Origin: Octopus sinensis
Lineage: Eukaryota
Assembly (NCBI RefSeq): GCF_006345805.1
Contig: NC_043000.1
Coordinates: 101,556,001-101,620,000 of the forward strand
Reading direction: 5' to 3'
DNA: 64,000 bases
Position 1 is the stretch's first letter. Each line of letters starts with the position of its first letter. The notes under the pieces were generated by a model. That model was not told the DNA's origin. It did no database searches and was given only the letters and a program-made list of their open reading frames with translations. Shown piece after piece: positions 1-12,845 of the stretch. Both the position numbers and the translations under genes were made by a program.

Positions 1-378
1 TAATTATTCTTCCAGTTTGTTATTGAAAAAGATGGAATGTCATTGTTGGAACACACTTGATTATAAGTCTCTGCTCAAACAGGACTGACATGGCGATAAA
101 CAACACAAACAACAAAATAGCATCCACAGCAGCTGCTGCTAACAAACAAATGCCGTGCTCAGAATTCCAGATTCATTAATTATTCCAAACTTGTACTTGC
201 TTTTCTACCCAACGCCTCACGTATCATATTTCAAATTGATTGTGTTAATAAAGAGGCAAGAATTGAGAGTGTCCATACTGACACATAGTGTGGACAGACT
301 ACCAGCTGTTTCTAAATGATGAAAAAATCTCCTCTTTAATAGGTGACAAAAGTGCACATACACACAAACTGACAAGCT

Positions 379-422
<44 letters not shown>

Positions 423-498
423 CATACATACATACATACATACATGCATGAATGTGTGTATGTATATATATATATCTATATATATACATACATATGAA

Positions 499-534
<36 letters not shown>

Positions 535-540
535 ACTCGT

Positions 541-780
541 CATTATCATTTAATGTCTGTTGTCCATGCTGGCTTGGGTTGGACAGTTTCACCAGGGTTG
601 GCAAGCTGGAAGGCTGCACCAGACTCCAGTCTGATTTGGCAGGGTGTCTATGGCTTGATGCCCTTTCTAATGCCAACCACTCTGAGAGTGTAATGAGTGC
701 TTTTACGTGCCATTGGCATGGATGCCATTTGAATGACACCAGTATCTGCTACAACTGCAATTTTGCTCAGCGTGATGGGT
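541..780 (-). mobile_element. SINE family C copy (central AGGAAGGGCATCCAGC motif, (GAT)n tail)
   Basis: Reverse complement of the motif block TTAGGAAGGGCATCCAGC...CCAACCCATGCCAGCATGG...ATGATG, which recurs at about 10 sites in the window. Confidence 0.7.
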
Positions 781-862
781 CTTCTTCTCAAGCACAGGAT
801 AAGGCCAAAGGGCTCAGTCATTGCCTCTGTGAGGCTCAATGCTTGAACGGTACTTTATATAT

Positions 863-1096
863 AAGGCGGCGAGCTGGCAGAAACGCTAGCACGCCGGGCG
901 AAATGCTTAGTGATATTTCGTCTGCGTTACGTTGTGAGTTCAAATTCCGCCGAGGTCAACTTTGCCTTTCATCCTTTCGGGGTCGATAAATTAAGTACCA
1001 ATTACGCACTGGGGTCGATGTAATCGACTTAATACCTAAGTCTGTCCTTGCTTGTCCCCTCTGTGTTTAGCCCCTTGTGGGTAATAAAGAAATAGG
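863..1096 (+). mobile_element. tRNA-derived SINE family A (octopus OK/OR-like; exact family unassigned)
   Basis: Head GGCGGCGAGCTGGCAGAA, B-box-like GAGTTCAAATTCC, body CTTTGCCTTTCATCCTTTCGGGGTCGATAAATTAAGTACC; many related copies in the window. Confidence 0.85.
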
Positions 1097-1295
1097 TACT
1101 TTATATATATCTTATATATATCCCGGATAAACCCCCTACACCCGGATATGTCTCTGTAAACAATAACTCTCTACTTGAGTGGGCCATAGTGCCCAAATTC
1201 TGACTTGAAAGACTTCACCAGGTGGTGCTATTAAGTTAGACATGGCCTGGGCCAATAATGGCCGAAACCTATCAAAGTATCAAAGTATCAAAGTA

Positions 1296-1353
<58 letters not shown>

Positions 1354-1359
1354 TATATA

Positions 1360-2622
1360 TTGGGTCATTCCATAAATAATGCTGTTATTTTATACTCCTT
1401 TTATTTTTCAAAATTAAGATAAACAAAGTTCTTTTTTAATCTAAAATATACTTTCCTTCATTTTCTACAATGCTCTTCCATCAATCTGGTAGACTTGCAA
1501 GGCTCCTCTTCCAAAATTCACTTGTCCATGATGAAAAATACTCTCCAGTACTGTTCTGAGCTCATCTACAGAATTCATGTTTTTTCCATCCAAATGATTT
1601 TGATGACTGTGGAATAAATGATTAATCAGATGGAACTAATCTGGTGAATATGGTGGCTGAGTGGATCATCGTTTCCCATTCAAACTGCTCCAGCCTTTGG
1701 AATGTCATCCTTTCTGTATGTGGCTGAGCAATATCATGAAGGAAGAACACCTTTTGCCTTGGAACCAAAGATGGTCGTTTTTCTTCTAATGCTGACGTAA
1801 GCCATTCAAGCTGCTTGCAGTAAATCTCTTTTGTTGTTGTTTGGTTTGGGTTTAAAAGTTCAAAGAGGACTAAACCTTTCATATCTCACCAAACAGAAAA
1901 CAACACTTTTAACCTGGACTGCTGGTGTTTCTCCTTTCCCCACCCACTGTCTTCAATGCTTGACATTTTTATAGAGAACCCATTTCTCATCACCAGTCAC
2001 TATTTGGTCCAAAAAAGGTTCATTCATGAGATGTGACAGCAAAGAAGAGTGTACCTTCACTCTCTACATGCAATTAGACTCAGAAAGTTCGTGAAGAACT
2101 CATTGACCCAGTTTGCTGACTTTTCTAATGGCATACAAGTATCGATGGATGGTTGAATGACCAAATCCAAGCTTCTCTGCTAGTTCTTCAATAGTTACAA
2201 TGGGATTTTGTTCCACCAGTGTTTGCAGGATGTCCTTGTCGAGCTCTACAGATCTTCCAGGATGAGGCACGTCTTCTAAGCTGTAGTTTCTGGCTCAGAA
2301 TTTCTGGAATCACCATTGACACTGGCTTACTCTTATTGTCCAATCACCATATACTGCATTAATATTGTTCACACTTTCTGTTGCATTGTTGCCTTTATTG
2401 AACTCATAAAGCAAAATATACTGAATATGCTCTTTTGTTACTTCCATTAGAGCTTTGAAAAATAACTGTTAAAATGGAACTGCACTCTTCAAAACTTGCA
2501 CTAAGGATAAGTTAAATTACTACCTGCTTTTATAGCAAGTTGATGCAGGTAGTTTAACCCATCCCCTTCCAACTTTTGGTTCATGCAGTTGAAAAGACTG
2601 CATTATTTATGAGATGACCCAA
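1360..2622 (-). mobile_element. Full-length mariner (Tc1/mariner) DNA transposon, decayed
   Basis: TIRs TTGGGTCATTCCATAAATAATGC (1360) and TTGGGTCATCTCATAAATAATGC (reverse complement, ending 2622); TA on both flanks; 1263 bp. Confidence 0.92.
1395..2447 (-). pseudogene. Mariner transposase with stops and frameshifts
   Basis: Starts MEVTKEHIQYILLYEFNKGNNA at 2447; segment 1622-1882 reads FELLNPNQT...EKRPSLV...FFLHDIAQPHT...LVPSD, matching the mariner LLHDNARPH and YSPDLAPSD motifs; 3' end approximate. Confidence 0.88.
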
Positions 2623-2639
2623 TATATATATACATCCGA

Positions 2640-3055
2640 GCATGATCGTTGCCAGGGCCATGGATTGGCTCCCGTGCTGGTGGCATGTTAAAAGCACCGT
2701 TCAAGCATGATCATTGACATTGTCGCCTTACTGGCACATGTGCCAGTGGCATGTGAAATACAACATTCGAGTGTGGTCGTTGCCAGTGCCACCAGACTGG
2801 CTCCTGTGCAGGTAGCACATAAAAAACACCTTTTGAGTGTTGTCGTTGCCGAACCACCTAACTGGCCCTCATGCTGGTGGCATGTAAAAGCACCCACTGC
2901 ACTCTCAGAGTGGTTGGTGTTAGAAAGGGCATCCAGCTGTAGAAGCTTTGCCAGATCAGATTGAACCTGGTGCAGCCTTCTGGCTCACCAGTCCTCAGTC
3001 AAACCGTCCAACCTATGCCAGCATGGAAAGTGTACATTAAACAACGATGATGATA
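2640..3055 (+). mobile_element. SINE family C copy
   Basis: Repeated GCTGGTGGCATGTAAAAGCACC blocks, then TTAGAAAGGGCATCCAGCTGTAG and a GATGATGAT tail. Confidence 0.8.
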
Positions 3056-3116
3056 TATACATACATAAATATATATGTATGTGTAAAGAAATAAAAATAA
3101 AAGCATTCTGCATAAT

Positions 3117-3186
<70 letters not shown>

Positions 3187-3704
3187 ACACAAAAAGAGAG
3201 CGATAGAATTGGATGGAATCAGAAAGAGAAAGGTTCATTCATTAACTCTTAAACAAATTAGTAAAAATAAGTGGGGGTTTTTGTTTTTCTTTTCCAGGAT
3301 TTTTCTCTCTTTGCTAAGATTTATAGGTGCATGAGATTTAGAAATCCTTGTGTTGATGTGGCTAATTATGAATAAACCCTACTTATTATATATCAAATTG
3401 CAGGTAATTAAGTGCAGGTTTAGAAAACAAGTATAAACTGGATGTCTATGTCTTGTGTATGGTATGCTGAAAATTATTTTTATGATCAAATGCAAATTGT
3501 ATATCCTTGCCTAATTGCAGAATAGATACCCTCTCTTGGTATTATTTAGTGTAAAATGATCCAATTTGTGAATTTATATACATTTTTGCATGATCAAGAA
3601 AAGTTTTCAGAAAATCTATTCATAAAGAAATGGGCAATTTGTGTCACAAGTTTCAAAATGATTATTTACTCTGCCATGATAACTTTCAAAATCCTTACAT
3701 ATAC

Positions 3705-4090
3705 AGGCACTGCTGTGGCTGTGTGGTAAGAAGCTTTCTTCTCAACCATGTGGTTCTGGGTTCAGTCACACTGCGTGACACCTTGGACAACTATCTTCTA
3801 CTATAGCTTTGAGCCAACCAAAGCCACATGAGTAGATTTGGTAAACAGAAGCTGAAAAGAAGCCTGCTGTATATGTATGTGTATCTGTGTGTGTTCCTAC
3901 AACTGCTTGACAACTGGTTTTGGTCTATTCATGTTCCTGTAACTTAGCAGTTCAGCAAAAGTGAATGATAGAATATGTACCAGGCTCTAAAAAAAAAAAA
4001 AAGTATTGCAGGGTCAATTCATTCAATTAAAAGTTCTTGAAGCTGTTGCCCCAGCATGGCTGCAGTCTGATGAAACAAGTAAAAGAGAAT
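3705..4090 (+). mobile_element. tRNA-derived SINE family B
   Basis: Head GGCTGTGTGGTAAGAAGC...GGGTTCAGTC; 3' end CCAGCATGGCTGCAGTC...GAAACAAGTAAAAGAG. Confidence 0.75.
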
Positions 4091-4367
4091 AGATACACTT
4101 CACTATCATACTTAATAAAAGCTTTCTCTTAGGTTGAAGGTATGTTTTGTTTGAGCAAGAATGAGAAGACTTTTTAGTGTTGCTGATGGAAAGACGACTC
4201 CATAGTGCTGGTGCTACAAAAACGTGCATTCAGTGCACTTTGTAAAGAGGTTGGTGTTAAGAAGGGCATACAACCACAAAAGAGCCATGTCAATATTGGT
4301 TTCAAATTTGGACACAAGGCCATCAATTTTGAGGAAGGAGCTAAGCTGATTACATTGACCACAATAC

Positions 4368-4512
4368 TCAATGAGTATTTATTTTATCAACCCCTAAAAG
4401 GATGAAAGGCAAAGTCAACGTCAGTGAAATTTGAACTCAGAATGTAAAGATGGAGAAAATGTTTTGCAGCATTTTACCCTGCATGCTAACGATTCAGCCA
4501 GCTTGTCATCTT
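4368..4512 (-). mobile_element. SINE family A, partial
   Basis: AAGGATGAAAGGCAAAGTCAAC...ATTTGAACTCAGAATGT is the reverse complement of the family A body. Confidence 0.7.
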
Positions 4513-4515
4513 GTC

Positions 4516-4826
4516 ACCCTTTAGCATTTAATCCAGCCATATCTGGCCCAAATATTCTTTTTGTTTTGTGTTAAAATCAACCATCTTCAAACTCTCGCAC
4601 CTATCCTACAATGTCATTCTCAGACCATACCAACAGCCCATGCCCTGTCTAACCCATGACAGCATGGAAAGAAAACGTTAAATGATGATCGTGATGGTGA
4701 TGATGATGATGATGATGATGATACAATTGAAATCTTGAAACTACAAGATAATGCGTGATTAATTGAAAACAATGTGAATAAATAAGCTGAACATTTGACA
4801 AAGAACTCTGAATGCTAAAGAGTTAA
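4516..4826. mobile_element. TTAA-type MITE copy interrupted by a SINE C fragment
   Basis: CCCTTTAGCATTTAATCCAGCCATATCTGGCC...AATGCTAAAGAGTTAA resembles 28116-28334. Confidence 0.55.
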
Positions 4827-5010
4827 ACAATGCCAATACTGAAACATTGGTGCATAACACTGTTCTCAGACTCATCAGATTCTGTCAAACTATTCAATCG
4901 TGTCAGCATGGAAAGCAGACATAAAATCATGCAGATGATATGTGTGTGTGAGTGTGTGTGTGTGTATGCACATACATATGCATATCTACACACATGTATG
5001 CAAACACACA

Positions 5011-5075
<65 letters not shown>

Positions 5076-5754
5076 CATTGTATCATCAATAAGCAAATAA
5101 TTCACACTGATGAGACACAGGTATTATTCAACAAATCTATTTAGTCATGTATGGTGGTGAATCAAAAATAAACTTTCATAATTACATATAGATTTAAAAA
5201 TAAAAATATATATGCAATTCTTCAAACTGTGGAAATAATAACCAAATTACATTTCACTTTGCACTAACAGAATATTAGCTACACCCTAGTTCATTTTAAC
5301 ATAGATCCCAAAACAAAAAATAAAACCAAAAAGAAATTTAGATAATTTAATGATATATTTTCAAATGTCAGTATTCAATACATAACTTGATAAAAAGAAT
5401 AATAATTTCCATTTGACCCCAACACTAATAACACAACCACATTTACTTTTTGATAACAGAGTTATCTTGCTAATTGCTTTTCAATCCCAATAGCAGTATA
5501 TCCTCAACTCTTGATCACTCTACCAGTTATTTATGTGTATCATTTCAACACTCTGACTTGTTTGTGTTTTTCAATCAACTGAGCTAATGAGTTTTATCTC
5601 CCTTGCTTGATGTGTTTAAATTTTTAACATGTCTAGTGCAAGTTTTGTTTTGGTTAATAATATTTTCAGATATAACATGTAGGTGTCAGCAACAAATTAA
5701 TTGATCAGGATAATGTTTCAGATTTCATGCGTTTCTGTATGTGAATATTGTCAT

Positions 5755-6210
5755 TGTCATCATCATCCTTGTTTAACCTCCGCTTTACATGCTGGCATGG
5801 GTTGGCAAGCCAGGAGGCTGCACCCGGCTCCAATCTGATCTGGCAAGGTTTCTACAGCTGGATGCCCTTCCTAATGCCAACCAAGAGTGAAGTGGATGTT
5901 TCTTATGTTCCACCAGCATGGGCCAGTCAGGCGGCATTGGCATCAACCACACTCAAAAAGTGCTTTTTACATGCCAATCAGGTGGTACTGGCATCAGCCA
6001 CGACAATGATTTCACTTGACTCAACAGGTCTTCTCAAGCACAGCATATTGCCCAATGATTGAAGGGTACTCTTAAATAGGCTGGTTATGTGACACTGTCA
6101 TTGGCCATGACTACGATCCCACTTGGCTTGCTGGGTCTTCTCAAGCACTGCATATCTCTAAAAGTCTTGGTTACTTGTCATTGCCTCTGTGAGGTCCAAC
6201 GTTCAAAGGT
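5755..6210 (-). mobile_element. SINE family C copy
   Basis: CATCATCC...CATGCTGGCATGGGTTGG...CAGCTGGATGCCCTTCCTAATGCCAACC. Confidence 0.75.
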
Positions 6211-6354
6211 TGTGTGATTAAGAAGCTCGCTTGATGTGGTTTTGGTGATAGTAGTTATGTTGCTATTGTTGCTTAACCCTGGGTCAGCCCTAACTGAGCA
6301 AACCTCTGATCAAGGACATTCCAGCTTTCACCATCCTGCCTATGATGACACTAA

Positions 6355-6580
6355 GAGCACATAGCTTAGTGGCTAGTGTATTTGGCTTATAATCCTAAGC
6401 TTACGAGTTCAATACTCAGTAGTGCATTATGTTCTTGAGAAAGACACTCTATATCACACTACTCCAGTCCACACTCAGCTGACAAAAGTGGGTTGTATCA
6501 GCAATTCATTGGGCCAGCCTTGTCACATTCAGAGTGTCACACTGAATCTCCCTGTGGCTTACATTAAATCCATATATGCC
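6355..6580 (+). mobile_element. tRNA-derived SINE family D, diverged
   Basis: GCTTAGTGG head, GAGTTCAATAC B-box-like motif, TGTTCTTGAGAAAGACACT core. Confidence 0.55.
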
Positions 6581-7659
6581 CATGAAAAAATGAAGTTTTA
6601 AAATTTCACCATATTTAGATTAAACATTATGATAAGCTTTCGCAACCTGGAAGAGATGGACAGTATGCAACTGTTAGCTACAGGTGTTGACTACCTACTG
6701 AATATTTCATATGCTCTGTCAGATGCTTTCTGGTGACTTCATGTCCAAACAGGTAGGAGCAGGTGTTGCATTGCGAAAACGCAACCAGGGGTATATATGG
6801 GTTAAGGGTATGCATATCTGTGGAGTGCTTGGCTGCTTGCACATTAATTTTAAAAACAAGATGTTCTATTGAGCAAATCAACAGGAACCCTTTTCATCAT
6901 AAGTGATGGAATATCCAGTTTATGATGACAGTTGTCTGTAATGAAAGTGGTGGTGGTGGTGGTGGTGTTGAGGTCAGAGTTGTACTAGTACTTTTTATTG
7001 ACTGTAGTGCCTCCCTCTTTAAGTGGTGGTGGTGGTAGTAGTAGTCGTAGTGGTTGTGGTGGTAGTGGAAGTTGATTCCTAATTATTGGAGAGAAACATA
7101 TTCTTCCTTTTGAAAATTAACTTTAAACAACTTGGGAGATTAAAGTATCCAGCTTCGATAAATCATAAACGTTGACTGGTTCCAATCATTTGGTTCTTAT
7201 TGTTGTCATTGTTCTTAATTAATTAAAGTCACTATTTATAATTAATTAGGAATTGAAACTGGAATTATTTTTTAAAGGCTTACAAAATTTTCATCATATT
7301 TTTTGTTATTTTTTTATATTTATTTCTCTAAGTCTCATTTCTCCATTTATCTTTGTCATTATAAAAACAAAATACAAAAAAAAAAATGCCAAATGAAATG
7401 GCATGGAATGGAAGAGACATTCAGGTTTTAGTTTCCTCAGGTACTTGATCTTTATTTTTCTCTGTTGCCATTTCCCTCCTTTTTTATTTCACTGTATTAA
7501 CTGTTGACTAAGACAAATTATTAGCTTCAAGAGCATTTATTACAACTTTCAGTAAAAGTTATAATTTCAATCTGATGGCTGTTTCAAAGTATCAAGTGGG
7601 GGTAACTGTTATTGTGGTTTATTTTATTTTCATTTTTTTTTACCTTTTTTGCATGTGAA

Positions 7660-7695
<36 letters not shown>

Positions 7696-7704
7696 TATAA
7701 GTAA

Positions 7705-8075
7705 CATTTCTTCCAGCTCTTCATGTTCCGAGTTCAAATGCCGATGAGATTGACTTTGCCTTTCATCCATTTGGCTTTAATAAAATAAGTACCATTTGAG
7801 TACTAGAGTTCAAAGAAATCAATGAACCTCCTCCCGCCTCAAATTTTAGGCCTTCTGCATATAGGAGAAAGAATTATTATTATCATTAAGGTAGCAAGCT
7901 GGCAGGATTGTTAGCATATCAGGTAAAATGCTTAGTGGCATTTCATTCATCTTTATGTGCTGTGTTCAAATTCTGCGAAGGTCAACTTTTGTCTTTCATG
8001 CTCTAGGAGGTGAATGAAATAGTACCAGTTAAGTACCTTCCCCAACAGTTTAGGTCATGTGCCTATAGTAGAAAT
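7705..8075 (+). mobile_element. Two tandem SINE family A copies separated by (ATT)n
   Basis: Two GAGTTCAAAT/TTTGCCTTTCATCC bodies; second head AAGGTAGCAAGCTGGCAGGA near 7888. Confidence 0.65.
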
Positions 8076-8104
8076 TATTGTTATTATTATTATTATTTTA
8101 TTGT

Positions 8105-8500
8105 ATTTGCACAACTTCTAATGCTGGAAATGTACTACGGTGTCAGCTGTTCACTACCAGTGAACTAAGGTAACACCCCTTATTTTTTTACTACTATCCG
8201 GAGTATTCAAGTGGTTTCAAGCAGTGCTGCTTCCTGCAGGTGCGCCACCCTTATTGTAGCCCATGTTTGTTCCATGTACTTCTCAAGATTTTTACTCACT
8301 GTTTCCCACTTTTTACTGTGACCACAACTGCTTAACCTCCCAAGCTAACTTGTTATATCTATCGACTTTTCTTTCTTCCTTATCGCATACTTTGTCGTCA
8401 GCATCATTTGCTTTCTTTCTCACTATGCCTGGTTTCATATTCTCTATCTCATGGTCACACTAAATCATAAAATCCCATGAATGCATCATCAAAAATCATC

Positions 8501-8510
<10 letters not shown>
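8105..8510 (-). mobile_element. Degenerate 3' end of an R4/Dong-type non-LTR retrotransposon (RLE endonuclease)
   Basis: Minus-strand translation includes CDHEIENMKPGIV...DKEERKVDRYNKLAWEVKQLW and VSKNLEKYMEQ...IRVAHLQEAALLETT*ILRIV, homologous to the PD-(D/E)xK domain at 62370-63000; (ATT)n on both sides. Confidence 0.8.
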
Positions 8511-8554
<44 letters not shown>

Positions 8555-9399
8555 TAACGAATCATTACAGTATTGATGACAATGCCATACAGCAAATGTT
8601 CCAGATATCTGTAGTCCGAGATCAAATCTCAATGTGGTGAACTTTTTCTTTAATGCAACAAGGTGGTAAAACCATTAGCACATTAGACAAAATGCTTATT
8701 GATGTTACTTGGGATCTTCATGTTCTGTGTTAAATTTCCACCAAGGTCAGTTTAGTCTTTTAGAATTTTACAGGCTTATAGTTGAAGGGATTATTATTAT
8801 TATTATTATCATTATTATTATTATAATTATTATCATTATGATCATCATCATCATCATCATCATTATTACTTGTTGAAGAAATACTTGTTTTGCTTCACTC
8901 TCGCAATATTTTTCATTTTACCAAGATTTCTATAATGAAAATAATTCCTTTTGAGATTATTTTTTTGCCAAAAAGGGGCTTCTGGAAATTTTGGACATAT
9001 GCCTTGCTAATTTTAGATGTACAAAAAAAAAAGAATGTCTTTAAAATATTTAATGCAAGACAAATGTAAAATGCTTATTTGCTAATTATTAACAATGTTT
9101 GCTTTTTATGAGGCACATCTAAGCAGTGGTCTTTTAAGGCATGTGCAGACGACTGTGGAGGTGATCATTGCTGATCTATACATGTTCTACTTTTGTAAGG
9201 GCCACAACACATTGCTCTATCTGGGAGCCTATAATTTTATCAAGATGACCACAGATGTAAGAAATTCCAACTACAAGGTTGGTAGCTGTATGCAAACCCA
9301 CTAGAATCTCGAAGAAAATTTTAGATTGTAAATAGAAAATATCATCATCATCACCATCATCATACTTATTTTGCATCATTTATATACAACATATACGTG

Positions 9400-9455
9400 T
9401 GTGTGTGTGTATATCTATATATATATATGGTATATATATATATATATGTATATAT

Positions 9456-9486
<31 letters not shown>

Positions 9487-9576
9487 TATATATATATAGT
9501 ATTTGTGTATGTATATTATATATATATAGTATTTGTGTATGTATATATATATATATATATATATATAGTATTTGTG

Positions 9577-9617
<41 letters not shown>

Positions 9618-9747
9618 TTTGTGTATGTATATATATATATAGTATTTGTGTATGTGTGTGTATATATATATATATATATATGTGTGTATATATATATATA
9701 TAGTATTTGTGTATGTATATATATATTATATATATATAGTATTTGTG

Positions 9748-9788
<41 letters not shown>

Positions 9789-9820
9789 TTTGTGTATGTA
9801 TATATATATATAGTATTTGT

Positions 9821-9860
<40 letters not shown>

Positions 9861-9968
9861 ATATATATATATATAGTATTTGTGTATGTATATATATATG
9901 TATATATATATAGTATTTGTGTATATATATATATATATACATACATATATATATAGTATTTGTGTATG

Positions 9969-10005
<37 letters not shown>
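9400..10005. repeat. Compound minisatellite [AGTATTTGTGTATG(TA)n] x12
   Basis: 12 copies of AGTATTTGTGTAT counted, separated by variable (TA)n. Confidence 0.92.
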
Positions 10006-10007
<2 letters not shown>

Positions 10008-10100
10008 TAAATACACAATAAAAAGATATCATCAGCATCACTATCACCATCATCATCATCCTCATTATACTTATTTTACATCCAAATATTTACCATATAT

Positions 10101-10131
<31 letters not shown>

Positions 10132-10134
10132 TTA

Positions 10135-10270
10135 TAGTTAATCCAAACATGAACAAAGAGAAAACACAACAATGCAAGGACGTTGAACAAGTATAGTGTT
10201 ATTTGATGCTCATGAAAGGAAAGAATAAAGGAGGATTTAACGTTTCAAGCGAAGCTCTTCATCAGAAATA
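10135..10270 (-). mobile_element. Penelope-like element terminal fragment
   Basis: Homologous to 13190-13330; contains a CTGATGA-hairpin-GAAAC motif typical of Penelope-like element (PLE) termini. Confidence 0.6.
10235..10269 (-). ncRNA. Minimal type I hammerhead ribozyme-like motif, core intact
   Basis: AUUU-CUGAUGA-A-GAGC(UUC)GCUU-GAAAC-GUU-AAAU: helix I AUUU/AAAU, helix II GAGC/GCUU, loopless helix III ACGU. Confidence 0.55.
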
Positions 10271-10659
10271 TATATATATACATACATATACGTACACACG
10301 CACACACACACATACATATATATGTATATATATATACATACATATATACATATATGGATGTCGGTATTTATGTGAGGATGGGAGGTGTATGTATATGCAA
10401 AAATGTGGGTATATGTAAGTGCATAGAGGGAATATATGTACTTTTGATTATGGTTATATGTATATGTGTATGTGTGTATATATGAATGTGTGTAAAGTGT
10501 ATGTAATGTGAGTCTATGTATGTTATGCAAGTGTATGTATGTGCATGTATGTATGTGTGAATGCACGTGTGTGAGCATGTAAGGTATATGTGTATTTGTG
10601 CATGTCAAGGATTGTGTAAGAGAATTATTGAGTAATTGTGTGTTTATGTGGTTTGTATA

Positions 10660-10719
<60 letters not shown>

Positions 10720-11191
10720 CAAGAAAGAAAGAAAGATTGAATAAGGTGTATCTATATATATTTTTTCCATTTTTCTTTGTTTTTTACCTTTCCCTGCAGA
10801 CATTTAACAAATTAAGTTAACAGCAAAAATTTGCGAACAAGTGTCTGCTAAATTTCTGTATTAACTTCAAGCTGTTATAGACAGAAGGAGCCGAAGGTGC
10901 TGCCACTGCTGTCATCATTATCATCATCATCAGAAGCAGCAGCAGCAGCTCCACCACCACCACCACCACCACATCTCCACCATCATTAGTACTATTGCAA
11001 ATATTTTTATAAAATATGTTTAAATATCATTTGTTTATAATTTTTCTGTTATTGATTTGGTTATTGAAACATGAAACTCATCTGATGTCTAGTCTGTTAC
11101 TGTTTAAACAAAAATAAAAATATAATAATATTAATAAAGTAATAATAATAATAATAATATTAATAAAGTAATAATAATAATAATAATAATG

Positions 11192-11225
<34 letters not shown>

Positions 11226-11227
11226 CA

Positions 11228-11432
11228 ACCCATTCTACTATAGGCACAAGGCCTGAAATTTTGGGGGAGAGAGCTAGTTGATTACATTGACCCCAGTGTG
11301 TAACTGGTTTTTATTTTATCAACCCTTAAAGGATGATCAAGACAGAATTTGAACTGAGAATGTGAAGGTGGACGAAATTCCGCTAAGCATTTTGCTTGGT
11401 ATACTAACAATTCTGACAGCTTGCTGCCTTGA
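11228..11432 (-). mobile_element. SINE family A
   Basis: Reverse-complement body and head ending CAGCTTGCTGCCTT; flanked by (AAT)n and (GAT)n. Confidence 0.75.
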
Positions 11433-11455
11433 TGATGATGATGATGATGATGATC

Positions 11456-11497
<42 letters not shown>

Positions 11498-11499
11498 CA

Positions 11500-11680
11500 T
11501 GTTTCTAATATAGGTACAAGGCCTGAAATTTGGTGGGAGAGAGTAGTCAATTACATAGACTCCAGTGTTTTACTGGTACTTTATTTTATTGACACCGAAT
11601 GAATGATATGTCAAGTTGACCTTGGCAGCATAAACTTTAAAGAGCTATAGGAAATGCCGTGAAGCATTTTGTCTGTTGTA
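11500..11680 (-). mobile_element. SINE family A, diverged
   Basis: TAGGTACAAGGCCTGAAATTT...CTGGTACTTTATTTTATTGAC reverse-complement body, next to (AAT)n. Confidence 0.6.
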
Positions 11681-11994
11681 CAGCTGACACTCTGATGGTT
11701 ATGACAAGCATTCCAGTTGATCTGATCAATGGAACAACCTGCTCATGAAATTAATGTACAAGTGGTACAGCACTCCACAGACATGTGTACCCTTAATGTA
11801 GTTCTCTGGAAGATTCTGTACAAGATAAACTGAATGTGAGATTACTGGCCTTTGGAATTACAAATACCCTTCATTACAAGTACAGTTCATTTTTGCCTGC
11901 TGAGTGGATGGAGAAACATGAAATAAAGTATCTTGCTTAAGGATACAATGCACCATTGGCTATCAAACTCATTGGCTATCAACATATGGCTACA

Positions 11995-12088
<94 letters not shown>

Positions 12089-12108
12089 CATCATCATCAT
12101 CATCATCG
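11995..12108. repeat. (AAT)n microsatellite running into (CAT)n
   Basis: About 30 uninterrupted AAT units. Confidence 0.97.
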
Positions 12109-12555
12109 TTTAACGTCCGTTTTCCATGCTAGCATGGGTTGGACAGTTCAACTGGGGTCTGGGAAGCCAGAAGGCTGCGCCAGGCCCAGTCTGATCTGGC
12201 AGTGTTTCTACAGCTGGATGCCCTTCCTAACGCCAACCACTCTGTGAGTGTAGTGGGTGCTTTTTACGTGCCACCTGCACGGGTGCCAGACGAGGCTGGC
12301 AAACAGCCACAATCGGATGGTGCTTTTTACGTGCCACCGGCACGGAGGCCAGTCGGGGTGGCGTTGGCAACTGTTACGTTCGGATGGTTCTCTTACGTGC
12401 CACCGGCACTGGTATTACAGCTACAATTTCCATTGATGTTGATCGATTTCGATTTTGATTTTCACTTGCCTCAACAGGTTTTCACAAGTAGTGTTTGTGT
12501 CACAAGAAGGAAAGGTATGCATAAGTGGACTGGCTACATCCCAGGTAGAGGCCAC
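12100..12555 (-). mobile_element. SINE family C, relatively young copy
   Basis: CATCATCGTTTAACGTCCGTTTTCCATGCTAGCATGGGTTGGACAG...TTTTACGTGCCACC repeats; CpGs retained. Confidence 0.85.
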
Positions 12556-12568
12556 AATAATAATAATG

Positions 12569-12613
<45 letters not shown>

Positions 12614-12631
12614 GTAATAATAATAATAATC

Positions 12632-12845
12632 ATTTCTACTAGAAATACAAGGCTTGAATTTGGGGGAAGGGATTAAGTCAATTACATCAAAACCATTGTG
12701 TGACTGTTATTAATTTCAATGACCTTGAAAGGATGAAAGGCAAAGTCAATCTTGGCAGAATTTGAACTCAGTACATAATGGCTGATGAAATACCATTAAG
12801 CATTTTGCCCAGCGTGCTAACAATTCTGCCAGCTTGCCACCCTTC
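12632..12845 (-). mobile_element. SINE family A
   Basis: AAGGATGAAAGGCAAAGTCAA...TTCTGCCAGCTTGCCACCCTT; next to (AAT)n. Confidence 0.75.

Noticed and set aside
9380-10065. Long ORFs of 185-197 aa (YIYI..., also at 13726-14177 and 15141-15596)
   Set aside because: Translations of (TA)n/(TG)n microsatellites that simply lack stop codons.
12139-12642. ORFs over SINE bodies (also 498-989, 5748-6062, 56947-57288)
   Set aside because: Chance open frames in SINE family C plus microsatellite.
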